The notes beneath the pieces are model-generated. The model searched no databases, was not told where the DNA came from, and saw only the letters and a list, made by a program, of their open reading frames with translations. This document shows, one piece after another, positions 55,987 to 64,000 of a DNA stretch of 64,000 bases; positions within the stretch are counted from its first letter, which is position 1, and every line of letters begins with the position of its first letter. Made by a program: the position numbers and the translations under genes. Source of the DNA: Bdellovibrionales bacterium (lineage in GTDB: Bacteria; Bdellovibrionota; Bdellovibrionia; Bdellovibrionales; JAGQZY01); assembly GCA_031426555.1 (NCBI GenBank), contig JANPLN010000008.1, forward strand, positions 1 to 64,000, in the 5' to 3' direction.

Positions 55987-56874
55987 ATGAAGAATTTTTT
56001 CACTAATGCAGGCAACAAAAGTATATTTATTTTGGGAGTCTTGGTAATCAGTTTGGCCACGGGCTGCCTCTCGAAAGACGAAGAAGACACAGACACCACT
56101 GGAGGCGGCACAACAGGTGGCGGAGGTGGTGGTGGAGCAACAAGTGGTGAGAGTGTTCTCTTTGACGGCACCGCCGAGTACCTTACAACGTCGTCAGCGT
56201 GGTTGACCGGCGATTTTACGATCTGTTTATGGATGAAGCCAAGTAGCGTGGATAGCTCAGGAAGTTCTGGCCATACACTTTTAAGTATGTCATCTGCTGA
56301 CAAATACTTTTACCTGTCTTTTGATAACAACGAACTCGATTGGAAAATGGAATCCAGTGACGACACAGATATGAACATTGACGGCGTAACAACATTTACG
56401 TCAGGTAATACTTACCAAGTTTGCGTCACTGGCGATTACGGCGGAAATCTTTCACGAGCATACGTCAATGGTGCACAAGTTGGCGGGGTGCCGGCATCTC
56501 TTGGCGCCGGTGTCGCGGCCGCCCACACCACTTTAACAATCGGATACGATCCAGCTCCTAGCTTTCAGGCCGCCGACGGAAACAAAACCCTCCCATTCGC
56601 CGGGGTGATGGACAACGTGATGATTTGGACCTCAGTGCTTCCAGCAAATGCCATCAGTCAGTTGTACGCGGGTGGCGCAGGAATGGATCCACAATTTGCT
56701 TTTAGCAATTACACGGCTTTCCATGTATCAAACCTCGAAGTCTACTATCTCATGGGCGACTACGCAGCTGACGTCATCAGCGGCGGCAGCGCCGTGATCA
56801 ACGATCAACTGGGCAACCAAAACGCCACCCCGGTAAATTTTGAGTCCACTGATTGGGATTACAATCTTTGGTAA
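55987..56874 (+). CDS. LamG/concanavalin-A-like lipoprotein, paralog of the giant protein's C-terminal domain
   Basis: GGAGG RBS, lipobox ATGC and a Gly/Thr linker, then a domain colinear with the last ~245 aa of the giant ORF (shared SGHTLLSMS, DKYFYLSFDNNE.DWKMES, HTTLTIGY, DNVMIW, YYLMGD). Confidence 0.88.
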   Translation: MKNFFTNAGNKSIFILGVLVISLATGCLSKDEEDTDTTGGGTTGGGGGGGATSGESVLFDGTAEYLTTSSAWLTGDFTICLWMKPSSVDSSGSSGHTLLSMSSADKYFYLSFDNNELDWKMESSDDTDMNIDGVTTFTSGNTYQVCVTGDYGGNLSRAYVNGAQVGGVPASLGAGVAAAHTTLTIGYDPAPSFQAADGNKTLPFAGVMDNVMIWTSVLPANAISQLYAGGAGMDPQFAFSNYTAFHVSNLEVYYLMGDYAADVISGGSAVINDQLGNQNATPVNFESTDWDYNLW

Positions 56875-56956
56875 AGAAAGTTAAAATTTTAAGTGTATGA
56901 ATAATGGCTAGGTCCTACCTGGCCTTAAAAAATTTAAATTTTTATCCTGCATCTAT

Positions 56957-56996
56957 TAAGATCGGATCATAACCAATAAGATCGGATCATAACCAA
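56957..56996 (+). repeat. Perfect 20-bp tandem duplication
   Basis: TAAGATCGGATCATAACCAA repeated twice. Confidence 0.9.
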
Positions 56997-57106
56997 CAAC
57001 TGATACGAAGAGTCTTTACCGTAAGATGAATATCAAGCTACGCTTGACCCTACCCCCATAATTAGTACCACTTTGCGGACTGAGTCATTGATAAGTCTCA
57101 GTCGGA

Positions 57107-57385
57107 ATGGATACAAAGATGGGATATATGCCACACAAACCGAGACCCAAGGAAGAAACTTTAGGAATTCTTAACGACTACGAGCAAGGAATGTCGGCCA
57201 AAGAAATTTGTCAAAAGTACGATATTTCTGAAACCACATTTTTCCGTATGCTCAGGGTGAGTCGTGGTTTTCCAGCTGATGCAACAAGGCGTAAGATTGA
57301 AAATAAAGTTCAAAAACTCGAAAAGACTTTAAAGGAGCGTGAACGAGAGATCACGCTGTTAAAGGCCGCTTTAAAAAAAAGTTAA
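57107..57385 (+). CDS. IS3 OrfA (HTH plus coiled coil)
   Basis: 'GMSAKEICQKYDISETTFFR' HTH and a leucine-zipper-like tail. Ends just after an A8G slippery run at 57373-57381. Confidence 0.88.
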   Translation: MDTKMGYMPHKPRPKEETLGILNDYEQGMSAKEICQKYDISETTFFRMLRVSRGFPADATRRKIENKVQKLEKTLKEREREITLLKAALKKS

Positions 57386-57423
57386 AAATCAATGATCGAA
57401 AAGAACTCGTTACAGATTTTATA

Positions 57424-58248
57424 TTGAATCATGAAATGAGTGCGCGTCGAGCGTGCGAGCTTTGTGGGATGAGTCGCTCTCAATTTAAATACCAGAGTCG
57501 AAAAACAGAAGACCCAGAGGTTATTAAAGAGATTTTGATGATTAAAGAGAAGCACTCGTATTATGGACTTCCCCGGGTTTTAGCGTTGTTAAGAAATAAA
57601 GGTTTTACAGTGAATGGAAAAAAAGTTTATCGAAATTTAAAGGTGATGAATCTGCTTGTTCTGAGAAGGAGAAGAAAGAAGAAACTATTTATTACGAAGC
57701 CGAAGAGTACGCCAGATGCCACAAGAGGTGGAGATACCTGGGCAATGGACTTCGTGTTTGATCGATTAAAAAATAATGAGTCGTTTAGATGTTTAACGAT
57801 CATCGACCACTACACGAGGGAAACACCTGGTATTTTTGCAAGTCGAAGTATGGCGGGGTTTTCGCCAGTGGAGTATTTAGATCGACTTAAAGAAACGGTA
57901 CATCTTCCAAGGCACATCGTTGTAGATAACGGGCCTGAGTTCGCAAATACGGCGTTTGTGGAGTGGTGCAATCGGCACGAAATAGAACTTCACTTTATTG
58001 ACCCAGGAAAGCCCGTGCAAAACGCGTATGTGGAGAGTTTTAACGGGAAGTTTAGAAATGAGTTTTTAGATCAAAATAAGTTTAGTTCAATAAGGGAGGT
58101 GCAGAAGCAGCTCGAACAATGGATAAAACATTACAACGAGGAGCGGCCACACAGTTCGCTCGATTACCTAACGCCGAAAGAATTTGCAAAGCAGGAAAGT
58201 GCTGTGCTAGATAAGAAAAATAATTTACTGGTACTAAAAACGGGGTAA
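57424..58248 (+). CDS. IS3 OrfB DDE transposase, probably expressed as OrfAB by -1 frameshift
   Basis: 'WAMDF', 'VDNGPEF', 'PGKPVQNAYVESFNGKFRNE' and 'YNEERPHSSL'. Its frame is -1 relative to orfA and is open back to the A-run. Confidence 0.95.
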   Translation: MNHEMSARRACELCGMSRSQFKYQSRKTEDPEVIKEILMIKEKHSYYGLPRVLALLRNKGFTVNGKKVYRNLKVMNLLVLRRRRKKKLFITKPKSTPDATRGGDTWAMDFVFDRLKNNESFRCLTIIDHYTRETPGIFASRSMAGFSPVEYLDRLKETVHLPRHIVVDNGPEFANTAFVEWCNRHEIELHFIDPGKPVQNAYVESFNGKFRNEFLDQNKFSSIREVQKQLEQWIKHYNEERPHSSLDYLTPKEFAKQESAVLDKKNNLLVLKTG

Positions 58249-58256
58249 AGGTCACG

Positions 58257-58278
58257 CTCACTGCCGCTGCGGTAGTAC
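58257..58278. repeat. Left 22-bp palindromic repeat flanking the HNH gene
   Basis: CTCACTGCCGCTGCGGTAGTAC. Its reverse complement matches 59651-59672 at 20/22. Confidence 0.8.
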
Positions 58279-58548
58279 AGCCGCATCAATCCGGTAATTT
58301 ATTTTAAAAACTATTTGACCTGGGTTTTTGATCATACATTTTGTTTATAGCCTTTCATTTTACTCCATCTCGTACCGCTTCTTGCGTCTTTCAAAATCGC
58401 AGTTTAAAAGCCTGCTAGCATTCGTTAGAGCGCGCTTCAGAGCAAAATTCATTTTAGATGTCCGGAAAGCAAAAGTTCGAAATCTTAAAAAATAAAAATC
58501 ATGTTAAGTGTATTTGCATGAAAAGAATTAATTTTTTTAGGAGGTCCT

Positions 58549-59643
58549 ATGCAACTTTCACAATTAACAACCACACTTCTAATTTCGAACTTCGATTCTC
58601 TGGTTCGTACGGAGCGCAAGATCACGGCGCAGATTTTAGAATTTATCGCAGAGCTTGACCGACGAAGGTTATATTTAGAAAACGGCCACAATAGTCTTTT
58701 TGATTATTTGGTGAAAGGCTTTGGTTACAGCCCTGGTTCCGCCATGCGCAGAATCGATGCGGCGCGCCTACTACGCGAACTGCCCGAAGCTGCCAGTAAA
58801 TTTCAAAATGGTTCCCTGACTTTATCGCAAGCCTCGCAAGTGCAACGCGCATCGCGGGAATTGAAGAAAACGAAGAAAAGAGTTCTCGACACGGACGACA
58901 AGCGAGATCTGATACTTCAGATCGAAAGTACAACGCAAAAGCAAACGGAGCAAATTTTAGCAAGTAAATTGGAGCTACCCCTCATGTCAGTGCAGAAAGA
59001 GACATTTCATCGCAATCAGTCTGTCACAGTGACGATGACTTTTACGGCAGAGCAAATGCAAATTTTGGTGCGAGCACAAAATTTAATTTCCCATTGCGTT
59101 GGCGACAACAATTGGGCCGACCTTTTCACCCATTTGGCACAACGGGAGATTGCACGCAGAACGTCTGTGCGAAAGTCGGCGCCATTGGGGGCGGGCGAAG
59201 CTATGACGTTATCAGAGCGATCGGCCTCGGCACCAAAATCTAAATCAAGATTGGCACGATCGGAAACACCGAGCTCAAAATCGGAATCGGAATCGGTACT
59301 GGTGGCAAAACTGGAATCGATATCGACATCAACGCCACCATCTCAATTGGCATCAGCATCGAAAACATCGCCGGTGAATTACCGACCCGCGATCCCCGCA
59401 GACCTGCGCAAGCAGCTACTCCACGAAAATGCGAAATGCGCTTTTAAATATATTAATGGTACCACATGCGGGAGCACAAAATTTTTGCAGATTGATCATA
59501 TCAAAAGCTGGAGCGACGGCGGATCCCATGATCCTGAGAATTTGCAGGTGTTATGCGGGGTGCATAATCGCTTAAAGTTTTCGCGCCATAAGCGATGGGG
59601 GGTCGCTAGCAAGCCTCAGAGCGGGACTTTACTTTTGGAATGA
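58549..59643 (+). CDS. HNH endonuclease with a DUF222-like N-terminal domain
   Basis: AGGAGG RBS, N-terminal 'SLFDYLV..FGYS..SA.RRI.AARL', a Ser-rich low-complexity linker, and C-terminal 'C....C.S..FLQIDHIKSWSDGGSHDPENLQVLCGVHN'. Confidence 0.9.
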   Translation: MQLSQLTTTLLISNFDSLVRTERKITAQILEFIAELDRRRLYLENGHNSLFDYLVKGFGYSPGSAMRRIDAARLLRELPEAASKFQNGSLTLSQASQVQRASRELKKTKKRVLDTDDKRDLILQIESTTQKQTEQILASKLELPLMSVQKETFHRNQSVTVTMTFTAEQMQILVRAQNLISHCVGDNNWADLFTHLAQREIARRTSVRKSAPLGAGEAMTLSERSASAPKSKSRLARSETPSSKSESESVLVAKLESISTSTPPSQLASASKTSPVNYRPAIPADLRKQLLHENAKCAFKYINGTTCGSTKFLQIDHIKSWSDGGSHDPENLQVLCGVHNRLKFSRHKRWGVASKPQSGTLLLE

Positions 59644-59650
59644 CGCTATC

Positions 59651-59672
59651 GTACTACCGCTGCGGAAGTGAG
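59651..59672. repeat. Right 22-bp palindromic repeat flanking the HNH gene
   Basis: GTACTACCGCTGCGGAAGTGAG, 7 bp after the HNH stop codon. Confidence 0.8.
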
Positions 59673-59713
59673 GTTTAAATAACGGTTTCTGTCTGTTTAC
59701 AAGTGGCTCAACC

Positions 59714-60286
59714 TTACTTTGTCTTTGCAGGAGGAGTTTCCGGCTCGCGCGGCAGGTGCGGAGGAGGCAACTCAACTTCATTGGATTTTTTCTCTTTCGG
59801 GAGTGCGATGCTTAGTTTTTCTTTGTTCACTAAAAAGTTTTCGCTCAGGATCATGCGGTCGCGAATTTTTCCATCCAACAGACGGTAGCCGACGGCGGCT
59901 TCGAAGACCTGCTCTTCCATCTCTATCAGTTCTTTCACCATCACCCAGGGGTAGACTGTAAAATGCGAGAGTGGCGTAATTTTTAAAGACCGTTTTGTTT
60001 GAAAAATACGCTTGTAGTAACTCTTAAAGTTTTCCTTACCGGCGATGATGCGCGTATTTCCGAGTCCGCTCTCCTTAAATACATTAATTTCATCGGAAAA
60101 AAAGCTGCAGTAGCCCTCCAGCTCTTTTTTATTGTACATGTCATACATTTTTTCGATGGAGAGAAACAACGAGTCGTCCTCTTTTTTTGCGCCGCCCAAG
60201 AGGGAAGATATTTGATCGCAGGCTGTTTGGGAGATGAGCAGGGCGAAAATCAATACCTTGAGAAGCGGGTTAAGAGTTTGTATCAT
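59714..60286 (-). CDS. SnoaL/NTF2-like fold lipoprotein
   Basis: GAGGA RBS before the ATG at 60286, lipobox-like QTAC, 'YN.KELEGYCSFFSDEI', 'GKENFKSYY..IF' and 'Y..LDGKI' NTF2-like pattern. Confidence 0.65.
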   Translation of the reverse strand: MIQTLNPLLKVLIFALLISQTACDQISSLLGGAKKEDDSLFLSIEKMYDMYNKKELEGYCSFFSDEINVFKESGLGNTRIIAGKENFKSYYKRIFQTKRSLKITPLSHFTVYPWVMVKELIEMEEQVFEAAVGYRLLDGKIRDRMILSENFLVNKEKLSIALPKEKKSNEVELPPPHLPREPETPPAKTK

Positions 60287-60468
60287 AATATTTATTCCTC
60301 GTCTCGAATCACAAAATAAATTCGTTCTTTCAAGATTAACCGATTCATTTGAACTTAGACGACATTTTTGCAAACCAGACTCGACCACCATCGGGAAAAT
60401 AATTTAAAATCGGGAGTGCGTGAAAGCGCCACCTAGGATTAAAATGTAATAAAAGGGATCACCACACG

Positions 60469-61773
60469 ATGAAATTTAAATACATCTTCTTTGCAATGGC
60501 GCTTTTTTTACTGGCCGGCGTATTTGTTTATTACAACAAGCGCGATCTTGGGATTCGCTCGGGGGCGCAAAACTATACGTTTTCTAAGCTCGATACAAAA
60601 CTTGCAGCCCAGGTGCGGTTTCGCGGGGAGAGTTTAGCTTCCATTTCACCATTTCAGATTACCTTTGAAGAGATTCTCGATGTGCACTACCGCACCCTTG
60701 CGGAAAAGAAAGACCATCTGCTTTTGGCGTCGGCGCTGGAGCAATTTGCGTTACAAAGCAAAGACGTTATTTCCGTGGGGCAGGCACCACCGTCGCGAAA
60801 GCTTTTAGAAATTTGCAACCAATTCGGGTTTCGCTGTCCGCCGGAGTCCCGCGTAAAATTTGCGGGGCCACAAAATTATTTTTTACAGGTGAACGGGCGT
60901 TCCATCACGCTGGACCAAGTGAAACAGGATTCCATTATCTTAAAAGCCGCCCATTCAGAGATTTTGGATTATTTAATCACCAGAATCGACGAAAAAATTC
61001 GCGGCAAGGTGCTGTATGTTTTGGCAAAAGAACAAAAGCAAACGATCCAGGAGTACGTCGACAAAAATATCGTGCGCGAGGATGAGCTTGTGGAGTGGTC
61101 GAAAAAAGCGAGTGTTGCCTATTCCTCGTCGGAAGACGAGCAGAAATATTATGCCGGCCACTTGTATCAGCAGCACAAAGATCGGGTAATCACTGATTTT
61201 TTGCTCAAAAACCATGTGCAAAAACCTATCGTGGTAAATATTCAGCGGCCGCAGTTTAATTTTGAAACGCGCTGGGAGTGGACACCATTTTTTGGCATCG
61301 CTCCACGCAAAAACTCGGTGCACGTGATTATTTTTTATGACTACTTTTCCCAAGCCAGCCGCAGCACGCTGAAAATGCTCACAGCCCTGCGGGAAAAGAA
61401 AATAGATTACACCGTGGGGTTTCGCCCTGCATTTGCCGAAACTGATCGCATGCAGGAATTTTTAACCGAATATTTTTTTTGTGCCTGGCTTAAAAATCCC
61501 GGTGATTACTGGCTGTTGCTGGAAAAACTTTCGGACTTAAAAGTCGATTTTTCCGAGGAACAAGTCAACGAAATCGCTGCGCGCGAGGGCGTAAATCTCG
61601 ACACGATCAAAAAATGTCTTCTTGCCCAAGAGGCCAAAGAGATCGTGCAGTATCATCGTAAAACGGCGCAGTATTTACGGCTCACGGCATTGCCCACCAC
61701 GTTTATCGGCAACGAAGTTCACGTGGGCCCTCTCAACGCCGTAGACTTTGAGCGCATTCTCAATCGTCAGTAG
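60469..61773 (+). CDS. Membrane-anchored DsbA/thioredoxin-fold protein lacking the CxxC motif
   Basis: N-terminal TM anchor. In the C-terminal domain, 'VIIFYDYFSQAS' takes the place of 'FSDFQCPFC', and 'LPTTFIG' takes the place of the cis-Pro 'TPTFFIN' loop. Confidence 0.6.
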   Translation: MKFKYIFFAMALFLLAGVFVYYNKRDLGIRSGAQNYTFSKLDTKLAAQVRFRGESLASISPFQITFEEILDVHYRTLAEKKDHLLLASALEQFALQSKDVISVGQAPPSRKLLEICNQFGFRCPPESRVKFAGPQNYFLQVNGRSITLDQVKQDSIILKAAHSEILDYLITRIDEKIRGKVLYVLAKEQKQTIQEYVDKNIVREDELVEWSKKASVAYSSSEDEQKYYAGHLYQQHKDRVITDFLLKNHVQKPIVVNIQRPQFNFETRWEWTPFFGIAPRKNSVHVIIFYDYFSQASRSTLKMLTALREKKIDYTVGFRPAFAETDRMQEFLTEYFFCAWLKNPGDYWLLLEKLSDLKVDFSEEQVNEIAAREGVNLDTIKKCLLAQEAKEIVQYHRKTAQYLRLTALPTTFIGNEVHVGPLNAVDFERILNRQ

Positions 61774-61784
61774 TCGTAAATATT

Positions 61785-62468
61785 TTATTGTCGAGGAATT
61801 CTTCTAAGAATATTCAGGCAAGCTATAAAACTAAAACCAATGATAAAAATCGGCGCAGTACCAAACCACATCGCTGAACACCAGATTCCCACCTGGCAAC
61901 GGTACCATATTGCATAAATCGCCAGCGAAATAACGAAGGCCAAGGCCATTTGATTTACTGGAAAGGAACCAATGGTTAAGTTGGAATTAACTGGATGCAC
62001 AACGAGGCCGGACTGAGCGTTGCTCCCAACGATCAGCGCGAGGGATTCGGCCTCGCTGACAATTTCCGACTGATCTAAGGACCATCGACCGGTTTTGATT
62101 TGTTGAGAATTTTTTAAATCAATCACAAGTTGGTAGACAACAGGCCCCTTAGATCGCCCCATTCGAAGAGTTCTTATCTGTTCAACGTGCGCAAAAGGAA
62201 CAACGTTGGAAGTCGTGCGAAAAAGATTTTTCTTTTGAATCACGAGCGTTTTTGTTTTTTCGTCCACCCAAACGGAAACAGCATCCACAAGGGGCCACCC
62301 AATGGCGCCGAAGGCGATCAGTAATCGTCCGAGCCATAGTACTTGCATGGCCTTTTCGGGATCTATGGTTAAAGTTTTTGCGCAGAAATAAACCACAATA
62401 CCCAGGCCGGCGAAGGCTAGAAAGAGTAATTTTGTGGTTCGTGAATTGGATTTCGTAAACAGCGTCAT
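61785..62468 (-). CDS. Hypothetical membrane protein (about 4 TM segments)
   Basis: Two N-terminal and two C-terminal hydrophobic segments around a soluble domain. Confidence 0.65.
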   Translation of the reverse strand: MTLFTKSNSRTTKLLFLAFAGLGIVVYFCAKTLTIDPEKAMQVLWLGRLLIAFGAIGWPLVDAVSVWVDEKTKTLVIQKKNLFRTTSNVVPFAHVEQIRTLRMGRSKGPVVYQLVIDLKNSQQIKTGRWSLDQSEIVSEAESLALIVGSNAQSGLVVHPVNSNLTIGSFPVNQMALAFVISLAIYAIWYRCQVGIWCSAMWFGTAPIFIIGFSFIACLNILRRIPRQ

Positions 62469-62617
62469 TCTGCTTTATCGGTGCCTACGAGGAAAATTTA
62501 TATGGCACAAAACGAACACTTTCCCGACTTAAGACAGGATTTTTTTAGACGCCACGGCTTAAGTCGAAAGGGGATCATCTGAAGCGATTTAAAACAGTTT
62601 CAATCTGATACAATGGC

Positions 62618-62644
62618 TTTAGATTTCGTTAATAAAGCCGATAA
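62618..62644 (+). promoter_or_regulatory. Sigma-28 (FliA)-like promoter
   Basis: TTTAGATT-N11-GCCGATAA, compared with the consensus TAAAGTTT-N11-GCCGATAA. Confidence 0.55.
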
Positions 62645-62658
62645 GATGATGGGTCTAA

Positions 62659-64000
62659 ATGTTTAAAAACTTTATGTTTCGCCTCATGTTGTACGTTGGC
62701 TCTGGCGCCATCTGTAGTTTCGGTTTCACACCGAATGCAGTTGCCGCTTGCGGCACCACCATATCCTGGTTAGCGAATGCCAACACCACTGCTTGGAATA
62801 CCGTCGGCAACTGGAATCCGAATAATGTTCCCGATGCAAATACCGAAACTGCTTTTATCGTTGCCGACTGGCAAATTCCCACTCTGCCGAACGCCGCCCG
62901 TAGTTTGAGTTGCCTTGAAATTAATTCTGGTTCCATGACGGCTCCTGCCGCCAGCACGCTCACTATCGTCGACGATTATTTTAAAAACCTCAATTTAGGA
63001 TCTATAAGTGTTCCCGGCGGAAGCACGTGGACCATCGCCATGGCGGGTACCAGCACGCAGGCTTTTAGCAACGTCGACCCCATTCCACGTCTAACACTGA
63101 CCAATTCTTCAACTGTTAATCTGACCAATGCCTTCGTCATTACAAATTTGTTCACGATTACAGCGGGTACAGGCAATGTGAATATTCAGGGAAATCTAGA
63201 AACTCAGCAGGTGAGCACCATCACCATACCTTCATCCTCCACAGTGACCTTGTCGAGCGGCGTGGAATGGAAAGTGAACGGCAGTTTAACAGTGAATGGA
63301 ATTTTAAAACTCATGCCCGGCGCCAGTTTAAAAATGGCCAACGGAAGCACTTTGTCTGTTGGAGCTACCGGTACCATTCAAATTGCAGGAGCGTCGGGGA
63401 ATGCGGCCATTGTCGATGCTATTGACTCCAGTTCTACATTCACATTTAACGTCATAGGAAAAATCGATGCGGAGTATTTTTCCATCAGTCGTATGAGCGC
63501 GACGGGAATCAACGTTACTGGGCAGATCTTAGATCTTTCCAATGGCACACTCAATTATATTTCGAACGGTGGGTATGGCTTAACTTTGGGTGCAGCGGCA
63601 ACTTCGGTTGCAACGCTCACAGGGGTTGGGTTTTACGGACAAAATGCTGTGACTCCCCTGAATGTGAATGCAACGGCCTATGCAGGAAGTGTTATTACGT
63701 TTAGTAATTACTCCGGCATCGGAGGCGCTGCCAACGAAACAGACCCAACTAACAAAATCACATGGGGATCGCCAGCGGCAGTGGAGTTGTTACTAACCAA
63801 TAATTCTCCATCGGGTTCGCCGCCAACAACAATCGCAGCAAGTTCTGCGTACACACATTTTGCGACATTCTCTTTTGCCCTATCAACAAGTGCAACTGCG
63901 ACGGATATCACCTCCATCAAATTTACGATATCAGGAGTCAACAGTGCCTCTGACTTAGCAGGCGCTCGCGTTTATCGCGATGATAACAACAATTGTGTTT
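62659..64000 (+). CDS. Large secreted beta-rich surface protein, 3'-truncated and absent from the ORF track
   Basis: The ATG at 62659 opens a frame that appears to run off the window. Signal peptide (..PNAVA), then 'W...GNW.PNNVP' and Thr/Gly/Asn-rich beta-strand sequence typical of adhesin or beta-helix passengers. Confidence 0.78.
   Translation, partial: MFKNFMFRLMLYVGSGAICSFGFTPNAVAACGTTISWLANANTTAWNTVGNWNPNNVPDANTETAFIVADWQIPTLPNAARSLSCLEINSGSMTAPAASTLTIVDDYFKNLNLGSISVPGGSTWTIAMAGTSTQAFSNVDPIPRLTLTNSSTVNLTNAFVITNLFTITAGTGNVNIQGNLETQQVSTITIPSSSTVTLSSGVEWKVNGSLTVNGILKLMPGASLKMANGSTLSVGATGTIQIAGASGNAAIVDAIDSSSTFTFNVIGKIDAEYFSISRMSATGINVTGQILDLSNGTLNYISNGGYGLTLGAAATSVATLTGVGFYGQNAVTPLNVNATAYAGSVITFSNYSGIGGAANETDPTNKITWGSPAAVELLLTNNSPSGSPPTTIAASSAYTHFATFSFALSTSATATDITSIKFTISGVNSASDLAGARVYRDDNNNCV

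Larger units (their letters stand above)
57045..58254 (+). mobile_element. IS3-family insertion sequence (IS407-group-like), 1210 bp
   Basis: TG..CA termini, 26-bp imperfect IRs (20/26 identical), a 4-bp CGCT target duplication at 57041-57044 and 58255-58258, and orfA/orfB. Confidence 0.95.

Noticed and set aside
55227..56874. Diversity-generating retroelement TR/VR pair (duplicated lectin-like domain)
   Set aside because: Differences between the copies are not adenine-specific, both copies are coding, and there is no reverse transcriptase in the window.
58414..59623. GCTAGCA-N6-AGAGCG occurring upstream of and at the end of the HNH gene
   Set aside because: A short gapped match that could arise by chance, with no further extension.

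Overview
A 64 kb bacterial chromosomal segment. Gene content and order (ribF-pilB-pilT-pilC-pilS-pilR without an adjacent pilA, many secreted lipoproteins and hydrolases, sigma-28-like promoters) suggest a Bdellovibrionota-like predatory bacterium; this is inference, not a measured assignment. The first ~23 kb holds envelope and housekeeping genes: a GT9 heptosyltransferase, a sigma-54 two-component system, ribF, the type IV pilus motor and regulators, HtrA, SpoIID, XerD and ComM. Half the window (23289-55964) is one uninterrupted 10,891-aa lipoprotein ORF. It has roughly 89 two-cysteine Ig-like domains, most arranged in a 7-domain (~2.4 kb) super-repeat, and ends in a LamG-type domain. The next gene is a short lipoprotein carrying a paralog of that same LamG domain without the stalk. 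Downstream lie an intact IS3-family element and a DUF222-like/HNH nuclease gene bracketed by a pair of inverted, self-palindromic 22-bp repeats. A SnoaL-like lipoprotein, a DsbA-fold protein lacking CxxC and the start of another large secreted protein follow. Intergenic regions contain a REP-doublet-like hairpin, a 185-bp CTAG-bounded palindrome, and a 26-codon ORF next to an RBS-occluding hairpin.
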